A stretch of DNA of 64,000 nucleotides from Narcine bancroftii. Lineage: Eukaryota. Numbering within the stretch: position 1 is the stretch's first letter; the number at the start of each line of letters is the position of its first letter. The notes beneath the pieces are model-generated. The model was not told the origin of the DNA. It did not search any database and saw nothing but the letters and a program-made list of their open reading frames with translations. The stretch is taken from NCBI RefSeq assembly GCF_036971445.1, contig NC_091478.1, positions 104,842,001 to 104,906,000 of the forward strand, given 5' to 3'. Shown one piece after another: positions 23,420 to 38,249 of the stretch. The position numbers and the translations under genes are program-made.

Positions 23420-24860
23420 CAAGTCAAGTCCCCTTTATTTGTTGTTCATACCATAACTACTAATGCAGTGCACAGTAAAAACAAGATGGTGTTTCTCCAG
23501 GACCATGGAGCAGATATACATAAATAGGAATAACACCCATGATATTCTGGCACACACATGTTCTAGGAATTGAGAAGCTTGATGGCTTAGGGATAAAAAC
23601 TGTTGCACAATCTGGATGCGTGGGCTCGAATGCTATGGTACCTCCTTCCAGATGGCAAAAGGGAGAAAAGTTTACAAGAGGGGTGTGTGAAGTCCTTCAC
23701 AATGTTATTTGCCTTCCGCACGCATCATCTCTTGTAAATGTCCATCATGGTAGGTTGAAAGCCCCCATTGATCATCTCCGCTGACTCCACTATCCTCTGC
23801 AGGGTCTTGAGGTCTGAGGTGGTACAGTTTCTAAACCAGGAGGTTTAGAATGCCCTCGATACATCCTCTGTAGAATGTCCTGAGGATGGATGGTGGGGGA
23901 TGAACTTTCCTCATCCTTCGCAGGAAGTAGTGCTGCTGGGCTTTCTTGGCTATGGAGCTGGTGTGGAGAGACCAGATGAGACTCCACCAAGTGCACACCA
24001 AGGAACTTGGTTCTCTTGATTACCTCAATGGTCAGTGGAGAGTGATTTCCCCCAGGTCTTCCTGAAGTCAACAATCATCTCTTTTGTTTTATTAACATTC
24101 AGATGCAGGTTGTTGGCTCTGCACCAGTCCGATAGTGACTGCATCTCATCTCTGTACGCTGACTCATCGTTCTTGCCAATAAGGCCCACCACGGTCGTAT
24201 CGTCAATGAACTTGATGATGTAGTTCAGACTGTATTTTGCTGCACAGTCATAAGCCAGCAGAGTGAACAGTAAAGGACTAAGCCCCTGTAATGTCTTGGA
24301 AGTTATGTTTCTGATTCAGACTTCCTGAGGTCTCCCCATCAGGAAGTCAGCAATCCAATTGGAGAGGGAGGTGTTTAGACCCAACAGGCTCAACTTCCTT
24401 ATCAGGTACTGAGGGGTGATTCTGTTGAATGCCGAACTGAAATCAATAAACAGCATTCGAACATACATGTCCTTATTTTCCAGGTGGGTGAGGGGTAGAT
24501 GGAGGGTGGTGGCGATGGCATCGTCTATAAAGCGGTTGGATCTATATGCAAACTGCAAGAGGTCCAGTGAGGGGGGGCAGTAGTAGCTTGATGTGCCCCA
24601 TGACGAGACTCTTGAAGCACTTCATGACCATAGACCTAAGTGTGACAGGGCGTTAGCCATTGATGCAGGATACTGACGACTTCTTTGGCACGAGGATGAT
24701 GGTGGCGGCTTTGAAGCATGTTGGGACCACAGCGCTGCTCAGGGAGATGTTAAAGATGTGTTGAGAACATCTGCCAGCTGAGCTGCACATCCCCTGAGCA
24801 CTCTGCCAGGAATATTATCCAGTCCAGCAGCTTTCCATGGATTGACCTTGCCTAAAACTC
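23420..24860 (-). mobile_element. Rex1/Babar LINE RT region and 3' end
   Basis: [39 protein letters not shown]; KF.DDTTVVG; TKFLGVH. Confidence 0.9.
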
Positions 24861-25268
24861 TGAAAGACACAGCACTTGATTATATGGAGGAGAGGTGGTC
24901 TTCTTCACCGCCAGTTGAGTTCTACTGTGATTTACAATATTATAATTCTGTAAAATGACCTGTCTACACTCAAAATGGTAAAGTTAAGATCATTTTAGCC
25001 ATTGAAATTGTGTTTATTGTTTTCTTTTTTTAAAAAAGTAAAAACATAACTGTTCTTGACTGCTGAATGTTGGGAGAGGAGAACCAGATTCTTCAGAAGA
25101 ATGACATATTAAATAAAGATCAATGTCTGCATTGAAATCTGGCTAGGTCTCAGATTCCTCAATTCAGCCTTAAAGGAGCAATACCAATAAATTAGGAACA
25201 ACAGGAAAAAGTTTTATCAAACAGTTTACATTGCAAAACAAGCTTATTCTTCAAGAATACTAAGTATC

Positions 25269-25966
25269 TGTTATATGTGGATTGTGGAGAAACACATGGC
25301 CTCCCTGCCTGCCTGGAAAATTGTTGATTGTGGGTGTTCATATGTCCTCCCTGTCTGAAACCTATTTGGACATCACATCACCTGTCAATGAAGGTTGGAC
25401 TCCAGCCCGTCATAAGTGCGCATCTTGCTATTAGCTAATTTAAATCATTTGGGGTCATTATTGGCTAGGCACCCAAATCAGAATTGTATAAAACATTAAC
25501 GCATAGCACATTCTTTCTCTCTGCCTCGTGGACAGAGCCTGGACATGGCTCCATGCCAGGCCACTACCGTGGACCTCGCTGGAAGTGTTGCGGATAAGGT
25601 GCACCCTACACTGAAGCTGAGCCATAGTACTGCAATAGATCAGTACTTGCAGAGAGCCGCAGCCCCGTTGGTACATGGAACCGGGTGTGCTTGTGAAAGT
25701 CCCTGTGTGTAGAGTATACTCAAGTGTGTGAGCATGTGGAGTATAGGCGGCCACTGGTATCGGAGTCCAACCTGGGTCTGATGTGAATGTCTATCGTTAT
25801 TTAAGTAATGTAGTAACGAGTACCATTTGATGTTCTCCATGAAGTACCATTTGATGTTCTCCCCTGTTTGCCTCCCGTGTGTTAATTCAAGTTATGTGTG
25901 ATTGCATCACTTATGTCCAAACTTGTCTCTCTGTGAACCCACAGGATCTGATACTCCTCCCAAAAC
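25269..25966 (+). mobile_element. Second LTR of the 19520 family (probably solo)
   Basis: Colinear with 19520-20402 (tgtggagaaaca..tggcctccctgcc ... acttgtctctctgtgaaccca), visibly diverged and shorter; no PPT or PBS alongside. Confidence 0.8.
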
Positions 25967-27039
25967 AAAGTTCTGATCAGATGTTACAAACTGGTTTGTA
26001 TGTTATTGGCATAATCACCCAAAGTAACTGTTGATTAAGGTAATTTACAGCTATGAGTCAATTAGAAAATAAGATGCAAGCTGCCAACATATCAAAGGAC
26101 CTCTTGGTAACAGTCCCTTCTACCACCTTCCAGCAGACAAAGGATACATGAGCTTGAAATGTAAACCTCCATATTCAATAACAATTTCTTTTCCATTGTT
26201 GGTCAAAGATAAATTGTATTCTTGCATGGTCTTAACTACTTTTCCCTATACCCTGCACTCTGTCTTTGTAAAACTTTGTTCTCTACTCTTGACTTACACT
26301 AATGTTACACCCTGAATTTTTGTTTTACTATGGCACTGCCTGCTCTACTTGTACATTGGTTGTCTTACCTGGATAGCACATAAAATAAAGCTGTTCACTG
26401 TTTCTTGGTACACACCTCAAAAAAAAATTAAATTCAATCCAATTCTATAGCAGCTTTCATACTTGATTCAAAATTCTCTCGGTCAATTAAGTATTCTTGA
26501 AGTTACTACTACAATGTAAGTTCCATGCAGCAAAGTCTCATATATAATAATGAGATCATGACCAGATCACTATGGAATTATTGTTTTAAAGGATAAATAT
26601 TGTCCAAAGCAAAAGGAAAAACTCTCATTCTCTTTTAACCTTTTGCATTAATTTGAGGGTTCGGTTTCATCCAAAAGAAGGTACCCTGTGACAGTTCAGA
26701 ATTCTCAGAGAGAATCTTCAGAGACCAAAGAGTTCCCAACTAAGACACAGCAGATGCTCAGAACTTGAACTATGACATATATAAATTGTGGCAGCAGGAC
26801 ACTTTATCTCCAGTGTTTAATTTCCAAGTGCCTTGTGGGGTACTCTAAATCCATACGCCATAAGATTCATGCATTTAGGTTAAGGAAACCAAATGCACAC
26901 AGATAAGGTTAGCCTCATAACCACCAACAAAGGAATATTTAAAATATGGCAGCAATAAATGACCTTCTTTGTTCTTAATGTCAAAATATGTCCATGCCTG
27001 TCCTGGGGCTTCCATGCCTATGCAATCACAGAGAAGGCT

Positions 27040-27530
27040 CACCAACAGCTAAACTACAGGAGGAGTTAGAGGAGATTTGGTATATCATGAAAAATTTCTA
27101 CCTGTATTACTGTTGAGAGCATTCTGCCGAGTTGCATCACTGTCAGGAATGGAGGTGCCAAAGAAAAGGACCGGAAAAGCTCCAAAGAGTTGTGAATTTG
27201 GCCAGCGACATCAAGGGCACCAGTCTTCACTCCATCAAGGACACCTACAAGAGGTGGTGTTTTAAGAAAACTACGAGGATGCCCACTCCCCCCAGGCCGT
27301 GCCCCCTTCACTCTGCTACCATTAGGAAAGAGATACAGGAGCCTGAAGATGAGCACCCAGCGGCACAAGGATGACTTCTTCCCGTCTGCCCTCAGATTTC
27401 CAAATGGACAATGAACCATAGACATTGCACAAATTATTTATTTTTGAAATGATACTTAAAGCAATATTTTCACTCTAACGCTGCCGCAAAACAATGAATC
27501 TCATGTTGTGTTCGTGACCAAGAATTCTAT
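27040..27530 (+). mobile_element. Rex1/Babar LINE 3' fragment
   Basis: FY...ESIL..CIT, KLQRVV, HP..LFTLLP.GKRYRS, SFFP-like remnants. Confidence 0.75.
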
Positions 27531-30500
27531 GATATCTCGGAGTCAAGTTAAAATCTTTTCATAAGTTCATAATAGAAATCTTATTCTCAAAATGACTATT
27601 AAAACGATTTTAAAGTTGTGGACGAAGTATTAAGCAGACAAAGAATTGCTGTAGGAACTCAACGGGACAGTCAGCATCCACGGACAGAAATGAACAGTCA
27701 ACATTTCTGGTCTGTTTCCTGTCGAGGTGAGAGGAAAGGGGAACCTGCAACTTTCATGTTTCTCTGGCTTGAAGTATTTTGGTTGCAGTCTATTTTGGTC
27801 CTAAATATGGAACATCTTTTCAGTGTTAAAATTAAACTTGGAAGAGAAAACTACAAATTAGTTAAGGATATCTAAACTACTTTGGTTAGCTGGTGTGTTA
27901 TACTTGGCTGCTAGTTATAACAGCTGACCTTGTATATTCATTCTTTATACATGGCAGATATTCAAATGATGCAAAGTAGCCTGATTAAAACCAATACCAA
28001 GTTGTTGATAATGATGACATTTAGTGGGGATTATCTAATCGCTAATCCAAAGAAAAAAATTAAGCCAATTTATTGACTTTTAAAGTAATTGTTTATATAA
28101 TAAATTAGTTTCACGTTGATTTTAATGCTTCCTGTATTCGGGCAGTGAGACCCTGCTGAATGGCCTGCTAAAACAACACTTTGTGACTCGACTATTTATA
28201 AATAATTCAGTATATATTTTAATATAATGCACTGTGCCTATGTATCATTTGTCTGTATGTGCATTATATCTGGGCATGTGTTTGCCCTGTTCTGCACTGT
28301 GGACCAGAGTTGGTGCGTTGTACTGCTTCAATCGGATGACAAATGAACTGAACTGAACTGTTGCACATAATACATCAATTTTATTGGTGAGAGAACATGA
28401 TTTACTTGAAGAAATAGTGCACACATTTGGTGAAATTGCATTTTTATAATTAACTAACTATGTTAGTATGTAGTATAAATCTGTCTTTTTACCTTTGTAA
28501 TTTTATCATCTACTTTCAATATTCTCAAAATGTTTATTCATTTCATTAAATCATGTGGGGTTTCCAGCTCAATCAGCATTTATGATCAATCCCAAGTCGA
28601 TACTGAAGAGCATACAGTTACATGTAGGACAGACCAGGTATGGAAAGCAGATTTCCTTCACTCAAGCATATCAGTGACCCAGATGGGATTTTACAACAGT
28701 ATAATTGTTGCCACAAGTGTTTTAATTCCACAATTATTTCATTTACTTAATTTAAATTTCCCAGCCGTCATGGTGGGATTCAAACTCTTATTTCCAGATC
28801 ACTATTTCAGGGCTTTAGCACTTATCCTGTAACTTAACTACTCTATTTCTGTACCCAAGAAGAAAACTTTTCTTCTTATTCATATTACACCATAAAAATG
28901 TTTAAATTACATCTGGCGTCTTTTCTCTACAAGCCTCTAAATTAAAAGTGACCACAAACATTTACAAGAAATTATAATTTGGCTCCAATGCCTGTACTGC
29001 GAACTCCATAATGAGCATTCCAGATGACTAAATGTGGTGCAATTTATTCTACTTAATTTGATTATTGGGCATTTTTAAATTCGAAGCAGAAATTTTATAA
29101 AGCCGAATCTGTATGCATTTTGGCAAAATGATATCTAATCAAAAACATATCTTCCATTGTTTGATGTGCAGCAGTTTACTTCAAAAGGGGGAACTTTGGT
29201 TTTGCAGATGGCTTCAAGATTTTAAAAATAGTGAAAATGGAATGAGAAGAATTAACATAAATAGATGAGGAAAATAATGAATGGAGTTATCTCATCATTT
29301 ACCCACTTTGGATGTACCAAGAGTGGCATTATAAACCAATGTAGTCACGCCAATAATCCTCACAGATCAAGATAGCTAAACTATTGGTGATTAAGATTAA
29401 AGAATTTATATTATGTCTGATGCTGGAAGAATTCTTAATATTTTGATGAAATAGTTGATATCTCCACTCAGTGATTCAATCATTAGGTAGAACCTTCTGT
29501 CAATGAGGCAGTCCCTCATTTATGACACAAAAGCGTCAGCCTAGATTATACATCCACATTATGGAATGAGACAAAACCTACAATCCTCCTGTGGCATTAA
29601 AGATGCTGCATTGTGCACTGTACTGTGCAGACATGAAGACATTTTGAAGTTGAGAGGTTGAAATAAGTATAAGGAATGGTAGCTTGTAAATTCAAATACA
29701 TGAAAGTAAAATTGACAACACAAAGGCATCATTTTCTGGTTCTCATGGTTGTCCTTATCTCTGACTATCAGATTGGATGTACAAAGCGAAATTATGCTTA
29801 ATAACAATAAAATCTTGTAAATGAAAAATAATTATAAATCACTGTTCATGACCTTAGGATGTTCCAACACACTTTACAGCTATCAAAATAGTTTTGAAGT
29901 CTACTCCCTGTTATAGTATCGGAAATCTCCCAACTTCTCTGGCCACAGCATTGTCCCAAAAACAGTAATGAAAATTACAAATATAATCTGTTTCAAGTAG
30001 CAATGGATGAGGGATAATTGTTCCCAGGATAGTAAAAATAATTCCCCTATGCTTCTTTTAAACAGTGCCTTGGATCTTTGTAATCCTTTTCCGAGAGTAA
30101 ATGGAGATTCAGTTTAATGTCTCATCTGAAGGTTTTTTGACTCAAAAACTGCACCAGTGTTTTAGCTGAGAATTTTAACCTGATAGTCAAATGGTTACTT
30201 ATCTGAAGTGACCCAAAACCACAACAATTTGACTCAGACATATGTGAGGAATGTATTTTCCCTTAATTCACTTTAATTAATTGTAGCCCCTGAAAAAATA
30301 AATAATTCTGGTGCAATGGGCACAGATTTTTTTTAAATTTTCCACTCTCTGTGAGAAGAATGCAATGTAAATACATTACCCATTTTTAAATACTTTGGCA
30401 CGGGATTGTAGATCCTTCTGCGTGGTATTTTCTTGTAATTTGCTAAAAAAAATCATTTGGTTATCCATTACAGAAAGCAAATATAAACATGGACAGGTAA

Positions 30501-31004
30501 TTTTATAGTTAGATTGGGGTTCATTCAGAATCTCCATTGATTATGGAGTCAGCTGATTTCTCCGACTATCAAAAACAAGAAGTATCTCTCAAACACAAGT
30601 GATACAGATACTGGAAGCCTGAGGTTCCTCTTGAACACACTGGGTAAGCACTTCTTCACCCCCTATAAGTACTGTACCTGATGGCTTTTAATGTATTGAT
30701 TCTGTTCCAGAGATTCCTGAGGACAGGTAGAAGCAGTTAGCAGGCAATATTATTTAAATAACATAGGAACAACAATGGAAAATTCACCAGACAATGGTGA
30801 TTTCAAAATAATAGTTTTTATTAAATTATTAATAACACATTTATTACTTAAGTCTAATTTTAACCCCACTATGGGCAAATGTAGATATGAGTGTCTGTGT
30901 GTGTTAAAATCCAAACCATTACAGTGTGAGCTTGAGTCTGAAAAGTCCATTTTAAACTTCAGCATCAAACATCTTGTTTTGCTTGAAGATTTTTAAATCT
31001 TTAT

Positions 31005-32244
31005 GAAGCATTGCTTTGTGAGGGGAAGGTCATGCCTCACAAGATAATTGAGTTTTTTGAGGAAGTAACAAAAGAAATTGGTGAAGAAAGGGAAGAAGTT
31101 ATGGCCTACATGGATTTTAGCAAGGCATTTGACAAGGTCCCCCATGAGTGACTCTTTCAGAATATCATGAGGCTTGGGATCCATGGAAATTTGGCTGTGT
31201 GGATTCAGAATTGTCTTGCTTGTAGAAAGCAGAGGGTAGTAGTAGACAGAAAGTATTCTACCGAGAGGTCATTGACTAGTGGATATCTTCAGGGATCTGT
31301 TCTATGACCTGCTCTTTGTGATATATTTTTATAAATGACCTAGATGAAGAAGTGGAAAGATGGGTCAGTAAGTTTGCGAATGTTACGAACATTGGAGGAG
31401 CTGTGGATTGTGTTGAAGGTTGTCGTAGGTTACAAAAGGATATAGACAGAATGAAGAGTTGGTCAGATGGAGTTCAATCTGGATAAGTGTGAGATTATGC
31501 ATTTTGGAAGGTCAAACCAGGAGGCTCAGTACAAGGTTAATGGTCAGATATATAACAGTGTGGAGGAAGAGGGACCTTGGGGTCCAAATCCATACATCCC
31601 TCAAGGTTTCCACACAGGTTGATGGGATAGTTTAGAAGGCCTATAGGATGCTGGGCTTCATTAATAGGAGCATTGAGTTCGAGTCAAGAGGTCATGTTGC
31701 AACTCTACAAATCTCTGATGAGACCACTTGTGTTCAGTTCTGGTCACCTCATTGTAGGAAAGAAGGATGTGGAAGCAATGGAGAGGGTGCAGAGAAAATT
31801 TACCAGGTTGTTTCCTGGATTGGAAAATAAGACATGGGCAAGGTTAGCAGAGCTAGGACATTTCTCTTTGGAGGAAAAAAGGATGAGACGTGACCAAATA
31901 GAGGTCTACAAGATTCTGAGAGGCAAAGATAAGGTAGACAGTAAGTGCCTTTTTCTCAGGATGGGAGTAGCAAAGACCAAAGGACATCTGTACAAAGTGA
32001 AGGGAGGAAAGTTTAGGGGAGACATCAGGGGGTAAGTATTTTTACACAAAGAGTCGTGGGTGCCTGGAATGCCTTTCCAGGGGTGGACGTGGAGGCTGAA
32101 ACACTTGGGGCATTTAAAAGACTCTTAGATGGTTATATAGATAAAAGAAAAATAGTGTGTTAAGGGTGATGAAGTAGGAAGGAATATATAGTTTGACACA
32201 ACACCAAGGGCTGAAGGCCCTGTATTGTGCTTTAGTGTTCCATG
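31005..32244 (+). mobile_element. CR1 LINE 3' half
   Basis: SCLT, MDFSKAFDKVPH, QGSVL, CVQFWSPH, ERVQRKFTR motifs; tail ends at the hAT insertion. Confidence 0.9.
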
Positions 32245-32252
32245 TTCTAAAC

Positions 32253-32638
32253 CAGTGGTTTTCAAACGCCCTCCCCTCTCCTCCCCCCAACTCGCATTCC
32301 ACCTGAAGCAATCCCTATGCCATAAATGGTCTGAGATTAGTAAGGGATTGCTTCAGGTGGAATGTAAGTGGAAAGAAAAAGTTTGAAAACCACTGTTTTA
32401 ATCGTCCCTAATTGACTCGTTATGTGCACGGTTTTATAACTCCAAAGGAAATGGGCCAATGACAATTTTTCTCAAGCAAAATATTTCAATAACAATTGGG
32501 TTTAGAGCAGTGATTCTCAACCTTCCCTTCCCACTCACATCCCACCTTAAGCAATCCCTTACCAATCACAGAGCACTTGTGGCATAGGGATTGCTTAAGG
32601 TGGAATGTGAATTTAAGGGGACAGTTTGAAAGCCAGTG
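32253..32638. mobile_element. hAT (Charlie-like) composite MITE
   Basis: 8-bp TSD TTCTAAAC at 32245-32252 and 32639-32646; TIR CAGTGGTTTTCAAAC / GTTTGAAAGCCAGTG; two internal palindromic units. Confidence 0.88.
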
Positions 32639-34464
32639 TTCTAAACCAAACAGATGAATCCTTCAAACATCCTCTTGATTCTATTTGGTTATTCATATTT
32701 CTTCAGTACAAAGTGTTGCCTTTAAAAAAGAACTGTTTTCTGAGGCTTTGTGAATAAGTCTTCAGAAGGGAATTTAACAGCTCATTATAAAATAAAACAA
32801 TCCTGGCATGGTATGACAAGGGGAAAAAGAATCAATTAGCTTTAACCACAGAAAAATATTCCTGTACATGTTATATTCCAACAATTTGTCAGTTAATCTG
32901 ACAACAAATATTTGGGTAGAGGCAAAAGCCAACATAATCAAGTTAAAATATTCTATGTTGCGTGTTCAGGATTATGTTTGATAGGCAGATCTTATTGAAT
33001 TAGTAACTATTTAAATTCACAAATAGCTTGACATCTTTTAGAAGGGACTTTTGAGGAATAGTCTTCGGTAGTTGACTTGGTTATCACCCAATGTTTTTAA
33101 TTATTGAGATCATGTTACTTCAAAGTTTCTAAACTTCTATTAAAAACAGATATGTTGTGAACAGTGAAGAGGGCATAGACAGAATGCTAAACTTAGACAG
33201 ACTGGAAGAGGAAAGTTGCATAGAACTTGCTAAGTGGCCCTTGCTATTTGCAGTTGCCACTGAAATCTGTATAAATCACACAGAAAGTTAATGTTGCTGA
33301 GAGGTAAATCCAGACCTGGAATGACAAGGATATTTTTCATGTGCATGTAACTGCTGTTACGTGAGACTCCTAACCGTGAAATGCCTAAAGAGTCAAATTT
33401 AGCAAAGTCATGCCAACACAGGGTTTACTGGCTGTATAAGCAGCTGTTTCTTGAAAAGAAACAGTTAACATTTCAGGTCCAAGAGCCTTCTTCAGAACCA
33501 GGAAGGAGACTAAAAAAGAATGTAAAATTGTAGGGAGCATGGTAGAATGGGTTGTCTGGAATGGGGCAAAACCAAGTTAAAACACTTCTGTCTATAAATT
33601 CATGATTTAAGATTTTTTTTATTGACATGGAATAAAACAGAAAACGTAATATTACACAAAATTTCCTTTAGTCTGCAGTAAGGCGGACAAAGATTCACCA
33701 TTAATATTAACGATTAAACTCTGGAAATCTGTACTACAAATAGGGATCGATTTAAATCAATGGACTAGTTTATGGACTTTCAACCACTTGAATATATTAA
33801 AGGATATGAATAAATGTAATTTGGAGTTAGTTTGCAAATCAGCTATGAATTTTATGAATGACTGAGCAAGTTCGAGGAGATCAATTACTCTCTTCTATCC
33901 CTGTTTTCTGCTGACGAAGTGCATTCTAGATTCAATTTAAAAATGTTTTGATTTTAAATCTTAAAAATTATCCTTTTCCCCTTCTTCTCCGGGAGTCCTT
34001 AGGGATCAAGGATGATGCTTTTGCTATTACATCTATGAGAGAGGATTACTCTAACCAACACTGAAACGTCAGGGATTGAAACACCTAGTCCTAGAAATCA
34101 ACCAGGTTTTGTGGCTTTTAAGGTAGCTGGTGAATTCAATGTGGGAAGTCCATGCTCTACTATGGATAGAGCAGGAGAGGACTAATGGGTAGGTGGTGTG
34201 TAGCTTGTGAAATAGTGTGTTCTTTCCACTATTTACCCAGGACCCCTGTGTGCTCCCTCCACATGGCTGTGGTTTTCAATACAATCCCAAATGTTCCTTC
34301 TCAACTTTGAAGGTTTAGAGTTTTTCCAGGAGATAGGGAAGATGCTGTCCTTTTTCATGGAAACTTTGACCACACCACTGATTTTTTTTCTCTCTCTGTT
34401 ACCTGGTATTGTTCTCCAACACTAGAGCCCGGCATTGAGTTTATTTCCACTGTGGTTAAGTGAC

Positions 34465-34730
34465 ATACAAGCCGGAGAATATGGGTAAAGGGTGAAAATG
34501 GAAAGGTTTAGGGAAAGTCTGAGAGGAATTTCTTCACACAGAGAGGAGTGATTTTGGAATGGTTGCCAGCTGAAGTGATAAATGCAGGCTTAATTTTATC
34601 ACAATGAAAATTTGGATGGGTTCATGGATGTGAGGGGTATGGAGAGTCAGTGGGACTGGGTAGAATAATAGTTTAACACAGACTAGAAGGGCCAAAGGGT
34701 CTATTTTCTGTGCTGTAATATCCCATGGTT
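34465..34730 (+). mobile_element. CR1 3' tail fragment
   Basis: ttcttcacacagagaggagtg..tggaatggttgccag; gggccaaagggtctattttctgtgctgta. Confidence 0.7.
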
Positions 34731-36602
34731 CTAGTTTGGGAATCTGCATTTAGGTTATATGAGCAACGTGGTCTGCAACATGTAGCTAACTGAGAATAAG
34801 AATATTGGGGATGATTCCTGGGAGAGGATGGTGACATTGGTTCTTTTATTCTTCCAATGAATTTGAATGATATTGAGGAGACAGTATTAATGATGATTCT
34901 CCTATACTTTGAGATGACTGCTGCATGTAGCCTTGGTGTGGGCAATTGATAGAAGGCAATTAAAGAAAAGTAGTTTCACCTGAACAATGATAGAGGGCTG
35001 GACCTCACCACAAGAAAGAATAATAGAATCAAAGACCTTTCAACAATTTTGAAAGGTCTTGATTGAGTTGTAACCTCAATGGCTATTAACCAAGTGATAA
35101 TCTGTGTGAAGAGCCTTACTATTTTTGGGAAGCATGGTGATAATGAGCCAAATGCCCTACTCCTGTCTCACAGATCTTAATATCTGACCTCTTCAAGGTT
35201 TGGGCTATTTATTGATCATAATTTACCATAAATGATTCAAAAAGTCTGATATCTGATATAATGAATCCCTCCTGTTTCTATAAAAATTGTTTATTTTGAA
35301 GACCCAATAAAAGTGTCAGTCCAGTGAAGTATACGACTCACTACAAGGATTTGAAATGTGATTTCCAAACCAGTTCAGTTACTTATCTTCCGACTGAAGT
35401 GGATGCCAAAAATGAAGAAACTGTAGCAATTATACTGGATCTAATGATCTGAGACCAGTATCTGCTGCTTTCGGTGTACAATTAGGAAATTCTTGCTGTG
35501 GTACATTCTGACCCAAGTCTAATAAAAAAAAAGAACTGATAATAGACCTCCACAGCATTCATTTGATGCATTCATCAAGCTCCAACTCCGTCTTTCAGAT
35601 TAAGGAACAATGATGTGAACATGAATTTTCTCCTGATCTTTAAAATAAAATAGTTTTTTTTTATATTTGTGAGTTTTTAAGCAATTTTAAGGGATTAAGT
35701 CAAGATTTTACAATACTGTAATACTTTTTGATGAGTTGGAGTTACACTGCAGACTGCACATACATTGGAAGTGAAACAAAGCTCGTCTCTGATTTAATAA
35801 TCTATACCATAAAAATTGGAGTTTATGGATAGTTTTTCACGCAAAAAAAAACCACGAAAATGATATAACCTGTGTTAGATTTCAGGGTGAAATTATCCTA
35901 TCAGGCAATTGGCCAGAAATCCCTTATACAATTCACATTCGAATGTCCAATTTGTTTTGGCATCCATCGCCTTGCACTCTTATAACCAATCACATGCCAT
36001 ATATTCCTTTTTCCTCAGAAACATAAATTAGAGCAAAAGATGAACTGCTAGAGGGACTAGAACAGCACCTACACATCATAGGGAGAATGTTCATGTTCCA
36101 AACAGACCTGTAACATAGAACAAAGAACGTGAAAAAGAGAATAGACATGTCCTGATGTGGTATACTGACCTGAAATGTTGATGGTTCATTAGCCCAGAGA
36201 TGCGGTTCAGCCTGATGAGTCCCTCCAGCAGTTTGTTATTTTGCTGCAACTGGATTGTGTCTCCATGAAGTGGAGCAGTTGGGGGCAGCCCTTCAATCAC
36301 CATTAAATGGTCACAGAAAAATGACATTGATGCCTTGCACACAGTATCAGTTTTCAGTGCTCAAAATACCTCACAACTGGTTGTTCCATTGCTCTATGAT
36401 GCACAACTCTGTTTAATTTTGCATCTCAAAGGTATGGGAATTATTTGCAATGTAGGGCATGATCAGGGTTGAACATCACTTGGGGGGTGCTCATAGAATC
36501 CACATTTCCCCAGATTCTCTCACTTTTCTATACATGAGGGTCAATGTACAGTGGCCAACTATTCTACCAACTTGCCCTTTTTGGGGGCATTCATACTACA
36601 AT

Positions 36603-36810
36603 TGGCATAGCATTTCGTGCAACACCTTTACAGCACCAGCGATTGGGACTGGGGTTCGAATCCCGCGCTGTCTGTAAGGATTTTTTATGTTCTCCCCAAG
36701 TGTGCATGGTTTCCTCTCACCATTCAAAGGTGTAGATTAATGGAGTTTTAAGTTGGGCGGCACAGGCTCGTGGGGCAAAATGGCCTGTTACTTTGCTGTG
36801 TGTCTAAATA
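36603..36810 (+). mobile_element. tRNA-derived V-SINE
   Basis: gcaacacctttacagcaccagcga, GGTTCGAATCC B box; same family as 14165. Confidence 0.75.
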
Positions 36811-38249
36811 CAAGAGGAAAATGGACACCTGGAAAAGACCTAAAACTGTGATAGTGAGCACTGAACATTAAGCCAATCTAAATTAATCCCATATCATCTC
36901 GTGACTATTCACGAGTCTGTCTAAATGCTTCTTAAATTTTGCTCTCATATCCGATTCTTTCATCTCTCCTGACAGAATGTTCTAGGAACCTAGCACCTTC
37001 GATGTAAAAAAAACCTGCTTCCTTTAAACTTTCTTCTTCTCACCTTAAACCTCTGCCCACTTGTATATGACATTTCCATCCTGGGAGGAAAAAAAGGCTC
37101 TGACCTGTATTGACGCCTCTCATTATTTAAAATCATAATTTTTAATTTTAAATGTCTGTATCAGTGGTCAGGATTGAACCATGGTCACTGCAGCTTTGAG
37201 AAAGCAGTTATATTAAATGGCCTCAATAGTTGAACCAATAGTTTTCTCAATTGCAACCAAATTATTCCTATATTCTTTGAAGTCAGCAGACTGTTCCTTC
37301 CTCGGCTACTTGTTTATTGAAGTTTAGAGATATTTCAAAACACTCATAATCCTTAAAGAGGATACTCAAAAGAGTAAAAAATTGTTTTTAAAAATATGCA
37401 TTCATGACAAGGAAAAAATACTAGTGATTCCATGCACTGTTGTCAGTGGGAGTGTTTTCCATTCAAATGAGTGGAGAAACAGCCAAAATGAAATTTTGGA
37501 ATTAGGTTGCATAGAATCTAAAAACACTTGTTGGTATTTTTATGAGTGGATGGGAAAGCTGTTCTTGAAAATATTTTACATGAATGTAACCCAAAATATC
37601 AAAAATGTCAAAAACTGAGAGATATAGAAGAAATGATTAAACTGGATTCACATCTGTGTATTCTCCCTTCCAACATTGTGGTTTGCCTTATTAAAATTTA
37701 AAAGATGGAGGTAGTTTTTGGTTGGAGGTTGATTTTTGAGGCAGTGAGATTCAGTGCATTTATACAATGTCATTCAGGACATTAAATACATAATTGTTCC
37801 TTTATTGGCCATTTCCTGTATCTTCTGTAGCAATTGGAATTCAGCAAGTCAAACACATAAATTAAACCCAAGATCTTATTTCTTTGCCCATAAATTCCAT
37901 GATTTCCTTTCACAAGAGACATTATGAAAATATATTAGATTTTGTTGTGTACATTTATCATTGGTTTTGGGATGTTAATGTCATGTTGACCTATTTTAGG
38001 GTTATTAAGTCTATTAAAAAAAAGCACTTTTATTTTACAAATATTGTTTTATTTTGCATTAATTATCATTGAAAAGTAACCTTGAGAGAGTTGTGGACAC
38101 TTGGCATTAAACTAATCCTACAGCATATGCTATTTTGCAGCAAAAAAATAGATTTTGCCTTCCTCTAGGCCAGTAATTTTTTTTTATAACTTAGCCAAGA
38201 TCACAAAGAAAACAGTTGATCTGGTTAGTTTTAATTATTTTTTTTAATT

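Noticed and set aside
19520-25966. A single intact provirus bounded by two LTRs
   Set aside because: No RT or integrase, no PPT before the second LTR, visibly diverged LTRs and no clear TSD; treated as a remnant plus a probable solo LTR.
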